The notes beneath the pieces were generated by a model, which saw only the letters and a program-made list of their open reading frames with translations, had not been told where the DNA came from and did not search any database. Both the position numbers and the translations under genes were made by a program. Shown here in pieces: positions 29,242 to 39,398 of a stretch of 64,000 bases of DNA. The stretch's first letter is position 1. Each line of letters starts with the position of its first letter. The stretch comes from Desulfobacterales bacterium (GTDB lineage: Bacteria > Desulfobacterota > Desulfobacteria > Desulfobacterales > Desulfococcaceae): the NCBI GenBank assembly GCA_041390465.1, contig JAWKPW010000001.1, positions 26,225 to 90,224 of the forward strand, read 5' to 3'.

Positions 29242-30042
29242 TCAGGCAAGCTTTCTGCTTTCATTCGCGCGGGTATATTTGTCGTGGAGCAAAATCAAAT
29301 CGTTTGCATTGTCACTTCCAACGGTTGCAGCATATCGGCAAACACTGTAATTTTTTGATTTTTCCCAATATCCCCTTTCCCATGACGCGATTTCCTCTTT
29401 GAACTGTGCATCTGCGGGAACTTTTATTTTTATGGTTCTGTACTTTATTCTGTAAGGCTTGGGGGTCAATCGCGCGCGGTAGCAATTCTGTTTTTTGCAC
29501 AAGTGCCAGTACAGGGGATCTGCATTCAGTTTCCGGCTTATCCTGTCTGCAAGCGCTTCTTTCGGCACAATGGCCTGACCGGTAACGATTACCCGGAAGC
29601 CTTTGCAGGTCTGATAAATGCGAAAGCCCAGCGATGGCTGGCCAAGGCTGATGTGCAGTTTTTCTGTGACCTTTTTCAGCTTCTTCAGTTTCCATTCTGC
29701 TGATCTTCTGGCAAAAAGATCAAAAAATGACACGGGCGGCTCATCCACATCCAGTATCATCTGCTTTTCTGTGTTCAGCACATGCGCGCCATAGCGGTTC
29801 CTTGTTATGACCGCAGATTCATCAATTTCCTCAATCAGCTCCTCCCTGATTTCCGCTTCGTAACTTTCAAATTCATTTTTATGTCCGCTGATTCGGCGCT
29901 GGACAGATTCAAATTTTCGGATGGCAGTGTTTCTCGCGTCCTCTTCGGAGCTGTTGGAACCACCCAGAAAAGCGGCTTTTCTTTCCACACCGTCAACAAG
30001 GAGAAAGCCTTCAAATTTTGCCCAGTATCTGAATGTTTTCAT
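29242..30042 (-). CDS. Hypothetical protein (267 aa, basic C-terminal half), isolated between repeat-rich non-coding stretches
   Basis: ORF from 'MKTFRYWAKFEG'. No confident family assignment. One H-x-S-x element ('LHISLG') is noted but is not enough to call a 2H phosphoesterase. Confidence 0.5.
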   Translation of the reverse strand: MKTFRYWAKFEGFLLVDGVERKAAFLGGSNSSEEDARNTAIRKFESVQRRISGHKNEFESYEAEIREELIEEIDESAVITRNRYGAHVLNTEKQMILDVDEPPVSFFDLFARRSAEWKLKKLKKVTEKLHISLGQPSLGFRIYQTCKGFRVIVTGQAIVPKEALADRISRKLNADPLYWHLCKKQNCYRARLTPKPYRIKYRTIKIKVPADAQFKEEIASWERGYWEKSKNYSVCRYAATVGSDNANDLILLHDKYTRANESRKLA

Positions 30043-30289
30043 ATCATCTCTTTCATTGGCCGCCTGAGAGTCAGCAGATTCCATCCTCTGCCTGCGGCAG
30101 TAACGTGATTGCCGCAGAGGCATGCTCCCGCCCCTGCTTCTTCAGTACTCACCTGTTTGCCAAAGTCCGTCAGATTCGCAGGCTTTCTTTGCCGGAGTGC
30201 CTGCGTTCAATCTTTGCCGGGAGAAAAGGACTGTCTGCCGGCTGAGTCTGCCGATTTCCCTTTTCCGATTTTCTTTTGCAGAAAAAATG

Positions 30290-30318
30290 TTGATAACGCG
30301 GATATTTTTCTGTACAAT
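30290..30318 (+). promoter_or_regulatory. Strong sigma-70-like promoter (-35 TTGATA, 17 bp, -10 TACAAT) with no annotated gene immediately downstream
   Basis: TTGATA 30290-30295, 17-nt spacer, TACAAT 30313-30318. The nearest convincing coding start on this strand is about 380 nt downstream (30705). Confidence 0.4.
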
Positions 30319-30704
30319 GCCATATGATTCCCAGCGTTTTTTTCATTGATTCCGTTGTGCTCTTTGAAAGAATATCGGGAATGAGCACAACCCTCTGTCG
30401 CAGATTGTGTATCTGTTGCAAAGCAGCATGCAGGGGGAAAAATATTTTCCGGCTTTCCGGAAATGAAAAATTGTGCCGCAGATATTCTGATAAAATGTTC
30501 CAAAAAAATGACAGCATCTTCTGCCGGTTTTTTTTCTGTATTTTTGAGACAATTGCTGTATAATTATGACAGAGAATCAGTATTGCAGAGAAGGAACCCT
30601 TTTCAAAAATCCGGACTTGCAACGGATGAGGGGGAGCGGTTCGCTGTCTGAGCAGAATTTTGAAAACAGGATAACAGCAACTTCAGCAATTCAGGGAGAA
30701 AAAA

Positions 30705-30902
30705 ATGAAAAACACTGTAATGTACAGCGGACTTGCTTTGCCATTGCCCATGTTCTGGTTCCCGATGGCTTTTTTCTGGCCTCTGCGCTATGCGGAAGCC
30801 CTGATGGACAGTCTGTGGCCCAGAGATGTCTCCATGCGGAATTCGCCGGATCGGGGCTATCACTGCCATGACGGGAGCGGAAGTGAGTACTGGCTGTGGT
30901 AA
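30705..30902 (+). CDS. Possible small hydrophobic protein (65 aa)
   Basis: Good RBS 'GGGAGAAAAAAATG'. Sequence 'MKNTVMYSGLALPLPMFWFPMAFFWPLRY...' has one aromatic-rich hydrophobic helix. No homology inferable. Confidence 0.3.
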   Translation: MKNTVMYSGLALPLPMFWFPMAFFWPLRYAEALMDSLWPRDVSMRNSPDRGYHCHDGSGSEYWLW

Positions 30903-31000
30903 CTGCCTGCCGCTCATCGTTAAAACACGCGGAGAAAATTTGTGCATACCAAGGTTCGGTGTCAGGAAGTCCATGCCTCCCTGACCCCTGAAATCCTGTT

Positions 31001-33001
31001 TCACGGATTCTTCTGGCCAGGCTTTTCATCCTGCCCCAGCAGTTTGTTGATATTGAAAAAATTCAGCATGTCCATGGTATTGTGATACCGGATCGGGCCT
31101 GTGCCATCTCCTTTTCCTCCTCCAAAAAGAGTTTCCAGGGGAAGCAGTTTTGCACCCTGCATCACTTCAGCCAGTTTGGAGGCCACAATATACTGCGCGC
31201 CTGCACCGCTCCAGGCATCCACCATGGCTTTCTGTCCTCTGGCCTCGGCCAGGAGTTTGGCCTCAATGCCTTCCGCTCCCTTCTGCGCGGCATACAGCAC
31301 GGCATCAGCGTCAATTTTTTTCTTGGCCGCATCCCCTTCGGCCTCAAATTTCTTTTGGGCCATGAGAATCTCGGCCTCATCCCTTTTCTGTTCTGCCGCG
31401 ATCACGGCCTGTATCTTGATGGTCTCCGCCTTGACCTTTTCTGATTCAAACACAACCAGTTGCTTTTGACGGGAAAGTTCCGCGTTGGCTTTCTGGGTGT
31501 TCTGCTCCTGTTTGTACTGATCTTCCAGTTTGAACGCGATGACTTTCTGGGTGATGGGGCTGCGCAGTTCGGCAGGCACCTCAAAATGCCGCACCAGGGT
31601 CTGGTTGATGATGATTCTGCTTTCTTCGCATTCCTTCTTTATGGCATTGTGCAGATCTGTCTGAAATTTTTCACGGGTCAGACCGTGAATGAATTCCTCT
31701 CCCTTGTTTTTGGAACCGATGATCCGGGCAAAGGCCCGCGCGGAAGGCCGGATCTTTTTGTCCCGCACCGTATTGATATCCCGTCCCACTGTGGCCACAA
31801 TCATGGGGGCATTCTCGGCTTTCACATGATATACAAGTGTCAGGTCAAACTGGATCATGAAACCGTCATCCGAAAGAAAATGAATGGCGTCATCCCCGGC
31901 AGTGTCTCCCTCATTCTGCACCTGGGTCATTTCATAACGCTGTTCCCGTGTGTCAAACGCAATGACTTCATACTCAAACGGATTGACATAATACATGCCG
32001 GGCGGCAGGGTTTCCTCCAGAATGCCGCGTTCCCCCGGTTTTGCCAGCAGTTGTGAGGCGGATTTGGCTTTGCCGGTTTTGGCAACCTGCACCCCCACAG
32101 AACCGTCCGGCACAATCACAGCAGGGACAACCTTCACCTCTTTGTCGTAAGGGTTGATATAATACATGCCGGGCTGCATCACTTCCCGCTGAATGCCCTG
32201 AAATTCGTCATCCCGGCTGACCAGAATGGTCCCGGCCGGGGGCACCTTTCCCACCTTTTTTGTGACAATGCCCACCTGTCCTTTTTCGATGATCGTGGCC
32301 GACACCTGTTCCACCTTCACGGCCAATGGGTTGAAATAATAGGTTCCGGGCGGAATGATTTCCTGCTGGATGCCGCGGTAACTGCTGTCTCTGGGAACCA
32401 GCACCATATTATCCGGCGGCTGATCCCCGGTTTTCCGTATGACCACCCCGATTTTGCCTTCGGGAATCACCACAGCCGGATATTTTGTGACTTTCAGATA
32501 TTTCGGGTTGATGGGATGGAGACCCGGTTTCAGCACTTCGCGGCGGGGACCTTTTCCGCCCATATGAAATACCTCTTTGTCATCAATGACATCTTCATCC
32601 GCAAGGATTTGACCGGGCGGCATGGGGGTTCCGTCCAGAGCCTCCACCAGTCCGATCTGCTGGGATTCTATGGATATCATGGGTTCCTCCGTGATATCAT
32701 ATTTCCAGAGGCATTCCGCGAGCCAGAAAAAATGTCTTCCGGGCAGCAGCACTTCCCGCCAGTACCCCTTTTCCCCCTTTTCCACAATGAAGCGGCCTTC
32801 CACAGCAGGGGTTCTGCCAAATTTGGAAAAAACCACCCCCACATGGCCCGGATCAATGGAAAACATGACTGCCGAGAGGAAAACATAACCTGTCAGAAGA
32901 AAGACAATAGCAAAAACAACCGGTTTCATGGTGAAAAAACTGCCAATGCCTTTGATGGCGCGTTTTTTCACTTCATCTGTTATGACACTTTTCTCTGTCA
33001 T
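31001..33001 (-). CDS. Flotillin/SPFH (band-7) family protein with N-terminal tandem repeat modules
   Basis: 666 aa from the second Met (RBS AAAGGAGGAG). One TM. Five ~45-60-aa repeats each containing 'PG(M/T)YY(V/I/F)NP'-type SPFH N-terminal hairpins, then an SPFH core and a flotillin-type Ala/Glu/Lys-rich coiled coil ('AEAEGDAAKKK...'). Confidence 0.85.
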   Translation of the reverse strand: MTEKSVITDEVKKRAIKGIGSFFTMKPVVFAIVFLLTGYVFLSAVMFSIDPGHVGVVFSKFGRTPAVEGRFIVEKGEKGYWREVLLPGRHFFWLAECLWKYDITEEPMISIESQQIGLVEALDGTPMPPGQILADEDVIDDKEVFHMGGKGPRREVLKPGLHPINPKYLKVTKYPAVVIPEGKIGVVIRKTGDQPPDNMVLVPRDSSYRGIQQEIIPPGTYYFNPLAVKVEQVSATIIEKGQVGIVTKKVGKVPPAGTILVSRDDEFQGIQREVMQPGMYYINPYDKEVKVVPAVIVPDGSVGVQVAKTGKAKSASQLLAKPGERGILEETLPPGMYYVNPFEYEVIAFDTREQRYEMTQVQNEGDTAGDDAIHFLSDDGFMIQFDLTLVYHVKAENAPMIVATVGRDINTVRDKKIRPSARAFARIIGSKNKGEEFIHGLTREKFQTDLHNAIKKECEESRIIINQTLVRHFEVPAELRSPITQKVIAFKLEDQYKQEQNTQKANAELSRQKQLVVFESEKVKAETIKIQAVIAAEQKRDEAEILMAQKKFEAEGDAAKKKIDADAVLYAAQKGAEGIEAKLLAEARGQKAMVDAWSGAGAQYIVASKLAEVMQGAKLLPLETLFGGGKGDGTGPIRYHNTMDMLNFFNINKLLGQDEKPGQKNP

Positions 33002-33510
33002 GGGCTCCTCCTTTCTTGCATGGGTTGGGGGCAGGGGCGGCGGTTCTGTTTGCAGCGGTTCCTTTTCTGTCATGCATACGCACTTTCTGTCATCAGTTTC
33101 AGGCAGGTTTCAGCACATATTCCCCTTTCTGCGGCATAAGGTTTATCTGACTGACATCATTCCTGAATTTTTCAAAGAGAGCAGAAGGCGTTCACAGAGG
33201 TGGCAGAGTTTTTTCTGTGATCTCTGTGGAAACACTGTCTGCACCGGGATACTGTGTGCTGCAACTGCTTTTTTTCTGCAGACAGACAGGCTCGGCAGGC
33301 AGGATGCTGCCCAAAGATTTTTTTCCCGGCAGCTTCGCTTTTTTGAGTTGCTTTGTCTGTAGGCATATATTACAGATAGAAAAGCTGCAGCGTCAACAGA
33401 AAAGAATTCCGGAGGGAAATATCCGCCGAATGCGGGATATTTCTTTCAATATTTTGAAGTTATAATTTTAAAAACTGAAAAGCAGGTTTTGGTCTTTGGG
33501 GAAGACAGTT

Positions 33511-34374
33511 ATGAAACATGAGACAGTGGGAGATGTTTATTTTGTCTGCCATGAACTTCGTTCATGCGGAGATACGGAAATATTTGACCGGATTGGGCCG
33601 GGAGCCATTTATGAGGTGATCAAGCTCATTGAGGGCATTCCGCTTTTTTTTGAGGCCCACATGGACAGGCTGAAACGCTCTGCCGACCTTGCCGGGGAGC
33701 GTGTGGAAAAAAATGAGGCAGAGATATGGGATGAAATACATACTCTGGTGGAAAAAAACCGGAAAGAGCATATCAATGTCAAACTGATCTGCTGCCGGGA
33801 AAAGAAAGGGGAACTTTTTCTCACCTATTTCATCCGCTCTGAATATCCGGGGCCGGACGTGTATGCAAAGGGAATCCGGACAGTCCTTTACGGCGGGGAA
33901 CGGGAAATGCCCAATATCAAAACCCTCAGAGACTCTTTTCGGGCCAGGGTTGAGGGAATGCGGGAAAAAACCGGGGCATATGAGGCGCTGCTGGTGGATC
34001 AGAACGGATATGTCACGGAAGGGAGCCGATCAAACATTTTTTTTGTGAAGCAGGGGGAAATCTTCACGCCTCCGGCCGGAACTGTCCTGCTGGGTGTGAC
34101 ACGTCAGCACGTGGTGAAAATCTGCAAAAGCCTGGGGCTGAATTTCCGTGAACATCCCCTGCACAGATCAGAACTTGGGAAAATTGACGGGGCCTTTATC
34201 ACAGGGACCACGGTGGATGTGCTCCCGGTTTCCCATGTGGATGAGATTTCCCTTTCCTCAGTTTCCCATCCGCTTGTCCAAAAAATTGTTGAGGCATTTG
34301 CAAAGGAGATCAGCTCGTATATCAGGGAAAGGAAAACGCGGCGGGAATCCGGAACCTCCGGAGGCAGCCGCTGA
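33511..34374 (+). CDS. Class IV (D-amino acid / branched-chain / aminodeoxychorismate lyase-type) aminotransferase
   Basis: 287 aa. 'EGSRSNIFFVKQGEIFTPP...GVTR' fold-type IV signature. Confidence 0.8.
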   Translation: MKHETVGDVYFVCHELRSCGDTEIFDRIGPGAIYEVIKLIEGIPLFFEAHMDRLKRSADLAGERVEKNEAEIWDEIHTLVEKNRKEHINVKLICCREKKGELFLTYFIRSEYPGPDVYAKGIRTVLYGGEREMPNIKTLRDSFRARVEGMREKTGAYEALLVDQNGYVTEGSRSNIFFVKQGEIFTPPAGTVLLGVTRQHVVKICKSLGLNFREHPLHRSELGKIDGAFITGTTVDVLPVSHVDEISLSSVSHPLVQKIVEAFAKEISSYIRERKTRRESGTSGGSR

Positions 34375-34513
34375 CCGGGTGCGGGGAGCGAAATGCGGGA
34401 GGGGAGAGCCGGAATCATTTTTTTGTTTGCCATAATGTTTAAAAAAATATAAACAGTATACATTTTGAAATTTGGTTCAGACTTCCGGTTTCGGGAGCAG
34501 CGGGAGCCTCCAA

Positions 34514-35425
34514 ATGAATAAACATTCTGAAGACGGAAAGACATTCCGAATCTTTTTTCCGATAGTGCTGCTGGGCGGCATACTGCTGAGCGGATGCAGT
34601 CCCGGTCCGTATCTGTCAGGTCAGTTGCTCAGCCGCAGCGTGATGCAGGGGGATTTTCCCCGTTCCGTGGCAGTGCTTCCCTTCCGGGATCTGACCGGAA
34701 CCGAGGGGATTGCCCCACTGGTGCGGGTCAGTTTTTACAATCATCTGAGTTCCCTGCCTTACCGGGACGTGGAACTGCAGATGGTGGATCTGCGGCTCCG
34801 GGAAAAGCGGCTGGAGAGCCACAATGCCATTGCAGAGGTATCGGTAAAGGAACTGGGGAAAATACTGGGATGTGATGCAGTGGTTTTCGGAACTGTGTAT
34901 GAGTTTCAGCGAATTTTCGCCGGCTTTTACTCCTCCATGAATGTGGGCGCATCGATAAACATCTGGGATACCCGGACCGGAAACAAAATCTGGAGTGACC
35001 GTTATACGGCACGGAGTCACGAAGGAGGAATTCCCATCACCCTGCTCGATATTCCCCTGATCACGGTCCGCTCCGGACTGAACCTGACCGATGAGGTGAA
35101 ACTGCAGGCTGTCGAAGAACTGAGCCGGTACCTGAGCAGCAACATTCCCAGACCCGGGGTTTTCCGTATCAGCCGGCACCGCCCGATGGCATATGAGCTG
35201 CAGGCCGGAGCCTTTTTTGAGCCGGAACGGGCAGCCCGTTTTCAGGAAGCCCTGCAGGTCAGGGGCTTTCCGGCTTTCATCCGCAGAAACACCGATGCGC
35301 GGGGGGAACTCTGGCACCGGGTTTTTGTGGGCCCCTATCCGGACAGGGATCAGGCCCTTCAGGTTAAAAAAGAGGTGGATCATGCCTTTGGGGCAGACTG
35401 CTTCATTTCCCGGCAGAGCTCCTGA
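34514..35425 (+). CDS. Lipoprotein with LpoB/CsgG-like N-terminal domain and C-terminal SPOR (septal peptidoglycan-binding) domain
   Basis: Signal plus lipobox 'LLSGCS'. 'AVLPFRDLTG...' N-domain pattern. C-terminal 'YELQAGAFFEPERAARFQEALQVRGFPAFIRRN...WHRVFVGPY' SPOR fold pattern. Confidence 0.7.
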   Translation: MNKHSEDGKTFRIFFPIVLLGGILLSGCSPGPYLSGQLLSRSVMQGDFPRSVAVLPFRDLTGTEGIAPLVRVSFYNHLSSLPYRDVELQMVDLRLREKRLESHNAIAEVSVKELGKILGCDAVVFGTVYEFQRIFAGFYSSMNVGASINIWDTRTGNKIWSDRYTARSHEGGIPITLLDIPLITVRSGLNLTDEVKLQAVEELSRYLSSNIPRPGVFRISRHRPMAYELQAGAFFEPERAARFQEALQVRGFPAFIRRNTDARGELWHRVFVGPYPDRDQALQVKKEVDHAFGADCFISRQSS

Positions 35426-35515
35426 AAACAGACAGGGGAAAGCGGATGCCCTTCGGGGCTGCCAGCAGGAACCTGCGTTGACTTTCCTTAAACACACGGA
35501 TAAGATAACATTATT

Positions 35516-37522
35516 ATGGCACCAGGAAACATTGTGGAATATATAGATCGGCAGAAGATTGTGTGTGCTGCCGTGCTGGAGATAAAAAACGAGCGGCTTC
35601 GTCTTCTCACGGAAAACAACCGTGAGGTCAAACTTTCGGTATCCCGGCTTTCCCACAGGGGGAAAATGAGCCTCAGTCTCGCATCAGGCAGGGACAGGGT
35701 TGCAGAGTCTCTGAAGGAGCGGGCAAGGCAGAGGAAAATTCTGGCTGAAGGCATTGACATCCGTGAACTGTGGGAAGTGCTGAGTCCGGAGCAGGAATGG
35801 ATTGATCTGCAGACCATGACTGCCTTCTGCTTTCCGGATTCCCCCGCAGACGATCAGGAATCTGCCGTAATTCGGGCTCTGTTTGCCGACCGGCTGTATT
35901 TCCGCTTCAACCATGATCAGTTTTTTCCCCATACAGAGGAACAGGTCGAACAGATAAGGGCCAAAGCCAGGGAGGAGGCACGGAAACAGCGGATTACGGA
36001 AAGCGGGGGAGACTGGGTCAGGAGCATTCTGTCCGATCCGGGCACAGATTCCCGCACTCTCGTGCCCCGGCTTACGGATGAGCAGCAGGAGTGGATCAGA
36101 ATTCTGCAGTCCTGCTATCTGTCTGAAAAGGAGAGTCCGCACTGGGAACTGGGCAGAGCCATGCTGACAAGAGCCGGCATCACTGAGATGGAAAACCTCT
36201 TCCGTTTTTTTGTCAAAGTCGGCATCTGGAATCCGGATGAAAACATTGATCTCTACCGCTACGGCGTTCCCACCGATTTTCCGGAAAAAATCATGGAATG
36301 CACAGCATCCCGGACACCTTTTTTCAGCCCTTCATCCGCAGACAGCAGACGCAGAGATCTGACCGGACTTCCCATCATCACCATTGACGGTCAGGCCACT
36401 CTGGATTTTGATGATGCCCTGAGCCTGGAAAAAAAAGAGGATCATTATGTGCTCGGCGTCCATATCGCGGATGTGGGGCATTTTGTGGAAAAGGGAAGTC
36501 CTCTGGATCAGGAGGCAGTGCAGAGGGGCAGTTCCATCTATATGCCGGACAGGAAAATTTCCATGCTTCCCCAGTGTCTGGCTGAAGATCAGTGCAGTCT
36601 GAAAGCCGGGGAACTCCGTCCGGCCACCAGCACCCTCATCCGGCTGCGGCCCTCAGGGGATATTATCAGTTCCGAGGTGTGTTCCAGTATAATCCGGGTG
36701 GCACGGCAGCTTACCTATCATGAAGTGAACTGCATGGTGGAAGAGGACGGGGAACTTGCCATTCTCCATGACATTGCCCGTCAGTTCCGGAAGAAGAGGC
36801 TGGCAGACGGAGCCGTGCAGATATCCCTGCCGGAAATCAATGTCTGGATGGATGAACGCGGAGAACTGACTGTGACCCGGATCAACCGGGAAAGTCCGGG
36901 CAGAATGCTGGTCGCGGAGCTTATGATCATGGCCAACTGGCTCAATGCAGGATTTCTTGCACAAAACCGCATGCCCGCGATTTTCCGGTCTCAGCCCGCG
37001 CCGAGGGAGCGCCTGTACAAAGAGGATGAAGGCTCGCTTTTTCAGAACTGGATGCAGCGCAAACTGCTCAGCCGCTTTGTCCTGAGCACAGAGCCGGAGC
37101 CCCATTCGGGACTGGGGCTCGATGCCTATGTCACAGTCACCTCTCCCATCCGGAAATATTCGGATCTGATTACCCAGAGGCAGATCCGCGCAGTGTTCGG
37201 CCTGGACAGCCCCTATTCCGCCGAGGAGGTTCAGCAGACCATCCAGGCCCTGGAACTGCCCATGAGTTATGTCTCAAAACTGCAGAACCGCCGGAAACAC
37301 TATTGGCTGCTGAAATATCTGGAAGGGAAAACCGGTCAGAAAGAAGAGGCCATTGTTCTGGGAAAACGGAGAAACACCTATCAGGTGCTGATGACCGAAT
37401 ATATGATTGAGTGCACCATCCCCGCATCCGGCGGCATAAACCTGAAACCTGAAGATGTGATACAGGTGACCATACAGCATGTGGATGCCAGAAAAGAAAT
37501 ACTGAACATATTCATGGGGTGA
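35516..37522 (+). CDS. RNase II / RNase R family 3'-5' exoribonuclease (RNB domain)
   Basis: 668 aa. 'ITIDGQATLDFDDALSLEK...HIADVGHFVEKGSPLDQEA...SIYMPDRKISMLP' RNB catalytic-region signatures. Confidence 0.85.
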   Translation: MAPGNIVEYIDRQKIVCAAVLEIKNERLRLLTENNREVKLSVSRLSHRGKMSLSLASGRDRVAESLKERARQRKILAEGIDIRELWEVLSPEQEWIDLQTMTAFCFPDSPADDQESAVIRALFADRLYFRFNHDQFFPHTEEQVEQIRAKAREEARKQRITESGGDWVRSILSDPGTDSRTLVPRLTDEQQEWIRILQSCYLSEKESPHWELGRAMLTRAGITEMENLFRFFVKVGIWNPDENIDLYRYGVPTDFPEKIMECTASRTPFFSPSSADSRRRDLTGLPIITIDGQATLDFDDALSLEKKEDHYVLGVHIADVGHFVEKGSPLDQEAVQRGSSIYMPDRKISMLPQCLAEDQCSLKAGELRPATSTLIRLRPSGDIISSEVCSSIIRVARQLTYHEVNCMVEEDGELAILHDIARQFRKKRLADGAVQISLPEINVWMDERGELTVTRINRESPGRMLVAELMIMANWLNAGFLAQNRMPAIFRSQPAPRERLYKEDEGSLFQNWMQRKLLSRFVLSTEPEPHSGLGLDAYVTVTSPIRKYSDLITQRQIRAVFGLDSPYSAEEVQQTIQALELPMSYVSKLQNRRKHYWLLKYLEGKTGQKEEAIVLGKRRNTYQVLMTEYMIECTIPASGGINLKPEDVIQVTIQHVDARKEILNIFMG

Positions 37523-37628
37523 ATCCGGAGAACAGCGCACAGTCCGCAGCAGAAATCAGGCGGTGAGGGCAATCAGGAAAACATGGGGAGACTGTTTGGG
37601 ATATCACGGTTCACTGACAGAGGAACAC

Positions 37629-39398
37629 ATGTTTGCTTCCGTTCTTTTCAGAAGAATTTTTCCAGCCTTTGCGCTGATCAGTGTGGGCCTGCATCTGCTG
37701 CTGATTTGGCATTGCACATGGCTGACAGAACAGTATGTTCGGGAAGCAGGGCATGCTGCCCCCATCCGGGATATGAGGGTGATCGAACAACTGCTCTGTG
37801 CGCGAAGCGCTGAAAAAATTTCCGGAGAAATCCTGTCTCCGGAACTCCGTCACCTGCTGTCAGAAAAAAAAATTGGGAACACAGGGTATGTCTTCCTTTT
37901 TGACAGGGACCTGCATCTGATCTTCCATCCGGACCCGGATGTGAAAAAAATCCCGCTCCATGACACTGCCCGGATACAGTCTCGTCCGGAGCAGATGAAA
38001 AAGGAGGACTCCGCAATCCGCTGTTTTTCTGACAGGGGGAAAACGGTTTGGACAAAATATGTAAAAGAACGCGGATGGTATGCCGCCATCATCATGGATG
38101 CCGATGAGGCGGAACACAGCGGCAGAGAATTCCGAAACCGCATTCTCTTCTCCTTTTTTGCAGTACAAATTCTGTTTCTGCTGCTGCTGGCTTTCCTGCT
38201 GCACGCTTTTTTCAGGCCCCTGCAATATCTTCAGGATATGGCAGCGGAATTTATCCGTACCGGCAGTGTTTCCCAAAAGCCTTTTGTGGCAGACAGCGGG
38301 GAAATCGGCTTTCTGTCCTGGACTCTGCATCGCATGACAGCGCAGCTTGGGGAAAACATGCGGAAAATCAAATCCCTTGAGCGTGAACATGCAAATCTGA
38401 TCCGCGCCAGTGACCGGGCCAGAGCGCGCGCCTATGATCTGGACAAAGCCAGGGAAAAACTGGAATGGGAAGTGCAGACGTACCGGGAAGCCGAGGTTTC
38501 CCTCCGGCAGAGTGAGGAACGGTACCGATCCATGCTGGAAAATATAGAAGAATGCTTTTATGAAGCGGATCTGCTGGGCAATCTGGTTTTTTTCAATGAC
38601 GCGCTCTGCCGCATGCTGGGATACAGCAAGGAAGAACTCCTGGCCATGAATTACCGGGATTTTATGGATGAAGCCACTGCGGAAAAGGCGGAAAAAACCT
38701 TCACAAGGGCATTTGAGACCGGGATTCCGGCCAAAGGATTTGAATGGACCCTTATCTGCAAGGACGGCTCCCCCTGCTATGTGGAACTCTCTGTTTTCCT
38801 TATAAAGGATGAACAAGATGAAATTCTTGGGTTTCGGGGCGTTGCCCGCAATATCAGTGATCTGCTCTACCTGATTTACCATGATTCTCTCACCGGTCTT
38901 TACAACCGCAAGGCTTTTTTTCAGCGTCTGAAGGAAACACTGGCCTATGCCCGCCGGGACAATAATGAGAAAAACATTTTTTACATGGATCTGGACAGAT
39001 TCAAGCAGGTCAATGATGCTTACGGGCATGATGTGGGCGATGAAATTCTCAAAGAAGTGGCAGCACGCCTGAAAAGCACATTGCGGGAAACCGATCATAT
39101 CTGCCGGCTGGGCGGAGATGAATTTACCGTGATTCTGAACAATGCAGGCAGTGCCAACCCCGCGGAAGCAGCACGGCGGATTCTTGAAAGTCTTTCCCAT
39201 CCTTACATTGTAAAGGAACATCTGATTGATTTCATCACGCCCAGTATCGGCATCAGTTCCTATCCCAGGGATGCCGCAGATGTGGAAACTCTGGTAAAAT
39301 GTGCCGACATTGCCATGTATGCCTCCAAAAAGCACAGGGGCTGTTTCACCTTCTACGACAAATCCCTGGAAGAGAGGGATGAACCGCAAAAGGAATAG
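37629..39398 (+). CDS. Sensor diguanylate cyclase (periplasmic sensor, HAMP, PAS, GGDEF)
   Basis: Two TM helices flank a ~150-aa periplasmic region. PAS ('EERYRSMLENIEECFYEADL'). GGDEF with intact 'RLGGDEFTVIL'. RBS AGAGGAA. Confidence 0.85.
   Translation: MFASVLFRRIFPAFALISVGLHLLLIWHCTWLTEQYVREAGHAAPIRDMRVIEQLLCARSAEKISGEILSPELRHLLSEKKIGNTGYVFLFDRDLHLIFHPDPDVKKIPLHDTARIQSRPEQMKKEDSAIRCFSDRGKTVWTKYVKERGWYAAIIMDADEAEHSGREFRNRILFSFFAVQILFLLLLAFLLHAFFRPLQYLQDMAAEFIRTGSVSQKPFVADSGEIGFLSWTLHRMTAQLGENMRKIKSLEREHANLIRASDRARARAYDLDKAREKLEWEVQTYREAEVSLRQSEERYRSMLENIEECFYEADLLGNLVFFNDALCRMLGYSKEELLAMNYRDFMDEATAEKAEKTFTRAFETGIPAKGFEWTLICKDGSPCYVELSVFLIKDEQDEILGFRGVARNISDLLYLIYHDSLTGLYNRKAFFQRLKETLAYARRDNNEKNIFYMDLDRFKQVNDAYGHDVGDEILKEVAARLKSTLRETDHICRLGGDEFTVILNNAGSANPAEAARRILESLSHPYIVKEHLIDFITPSIGISSYPRDAADVETLVKCADIAMYASKKHRGCFTFYDKSLEERDEPQKE

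Noticed and set aside
30324-30563. 79-aa Cys-rich ORF starting at the -10 element of the 30290 promoter
   Set aside because: It would be leaderless with no RBS. Composition (Cys/Arg/Phe-rich) is typical of a non-coding frame, so the region is treated as a possible RNA leader instead.
37860-39389. 509-aa minus-strand ORF
   Set aside because: Antisense shadow ORF of the PAS-GGDEF gene; no motifs.
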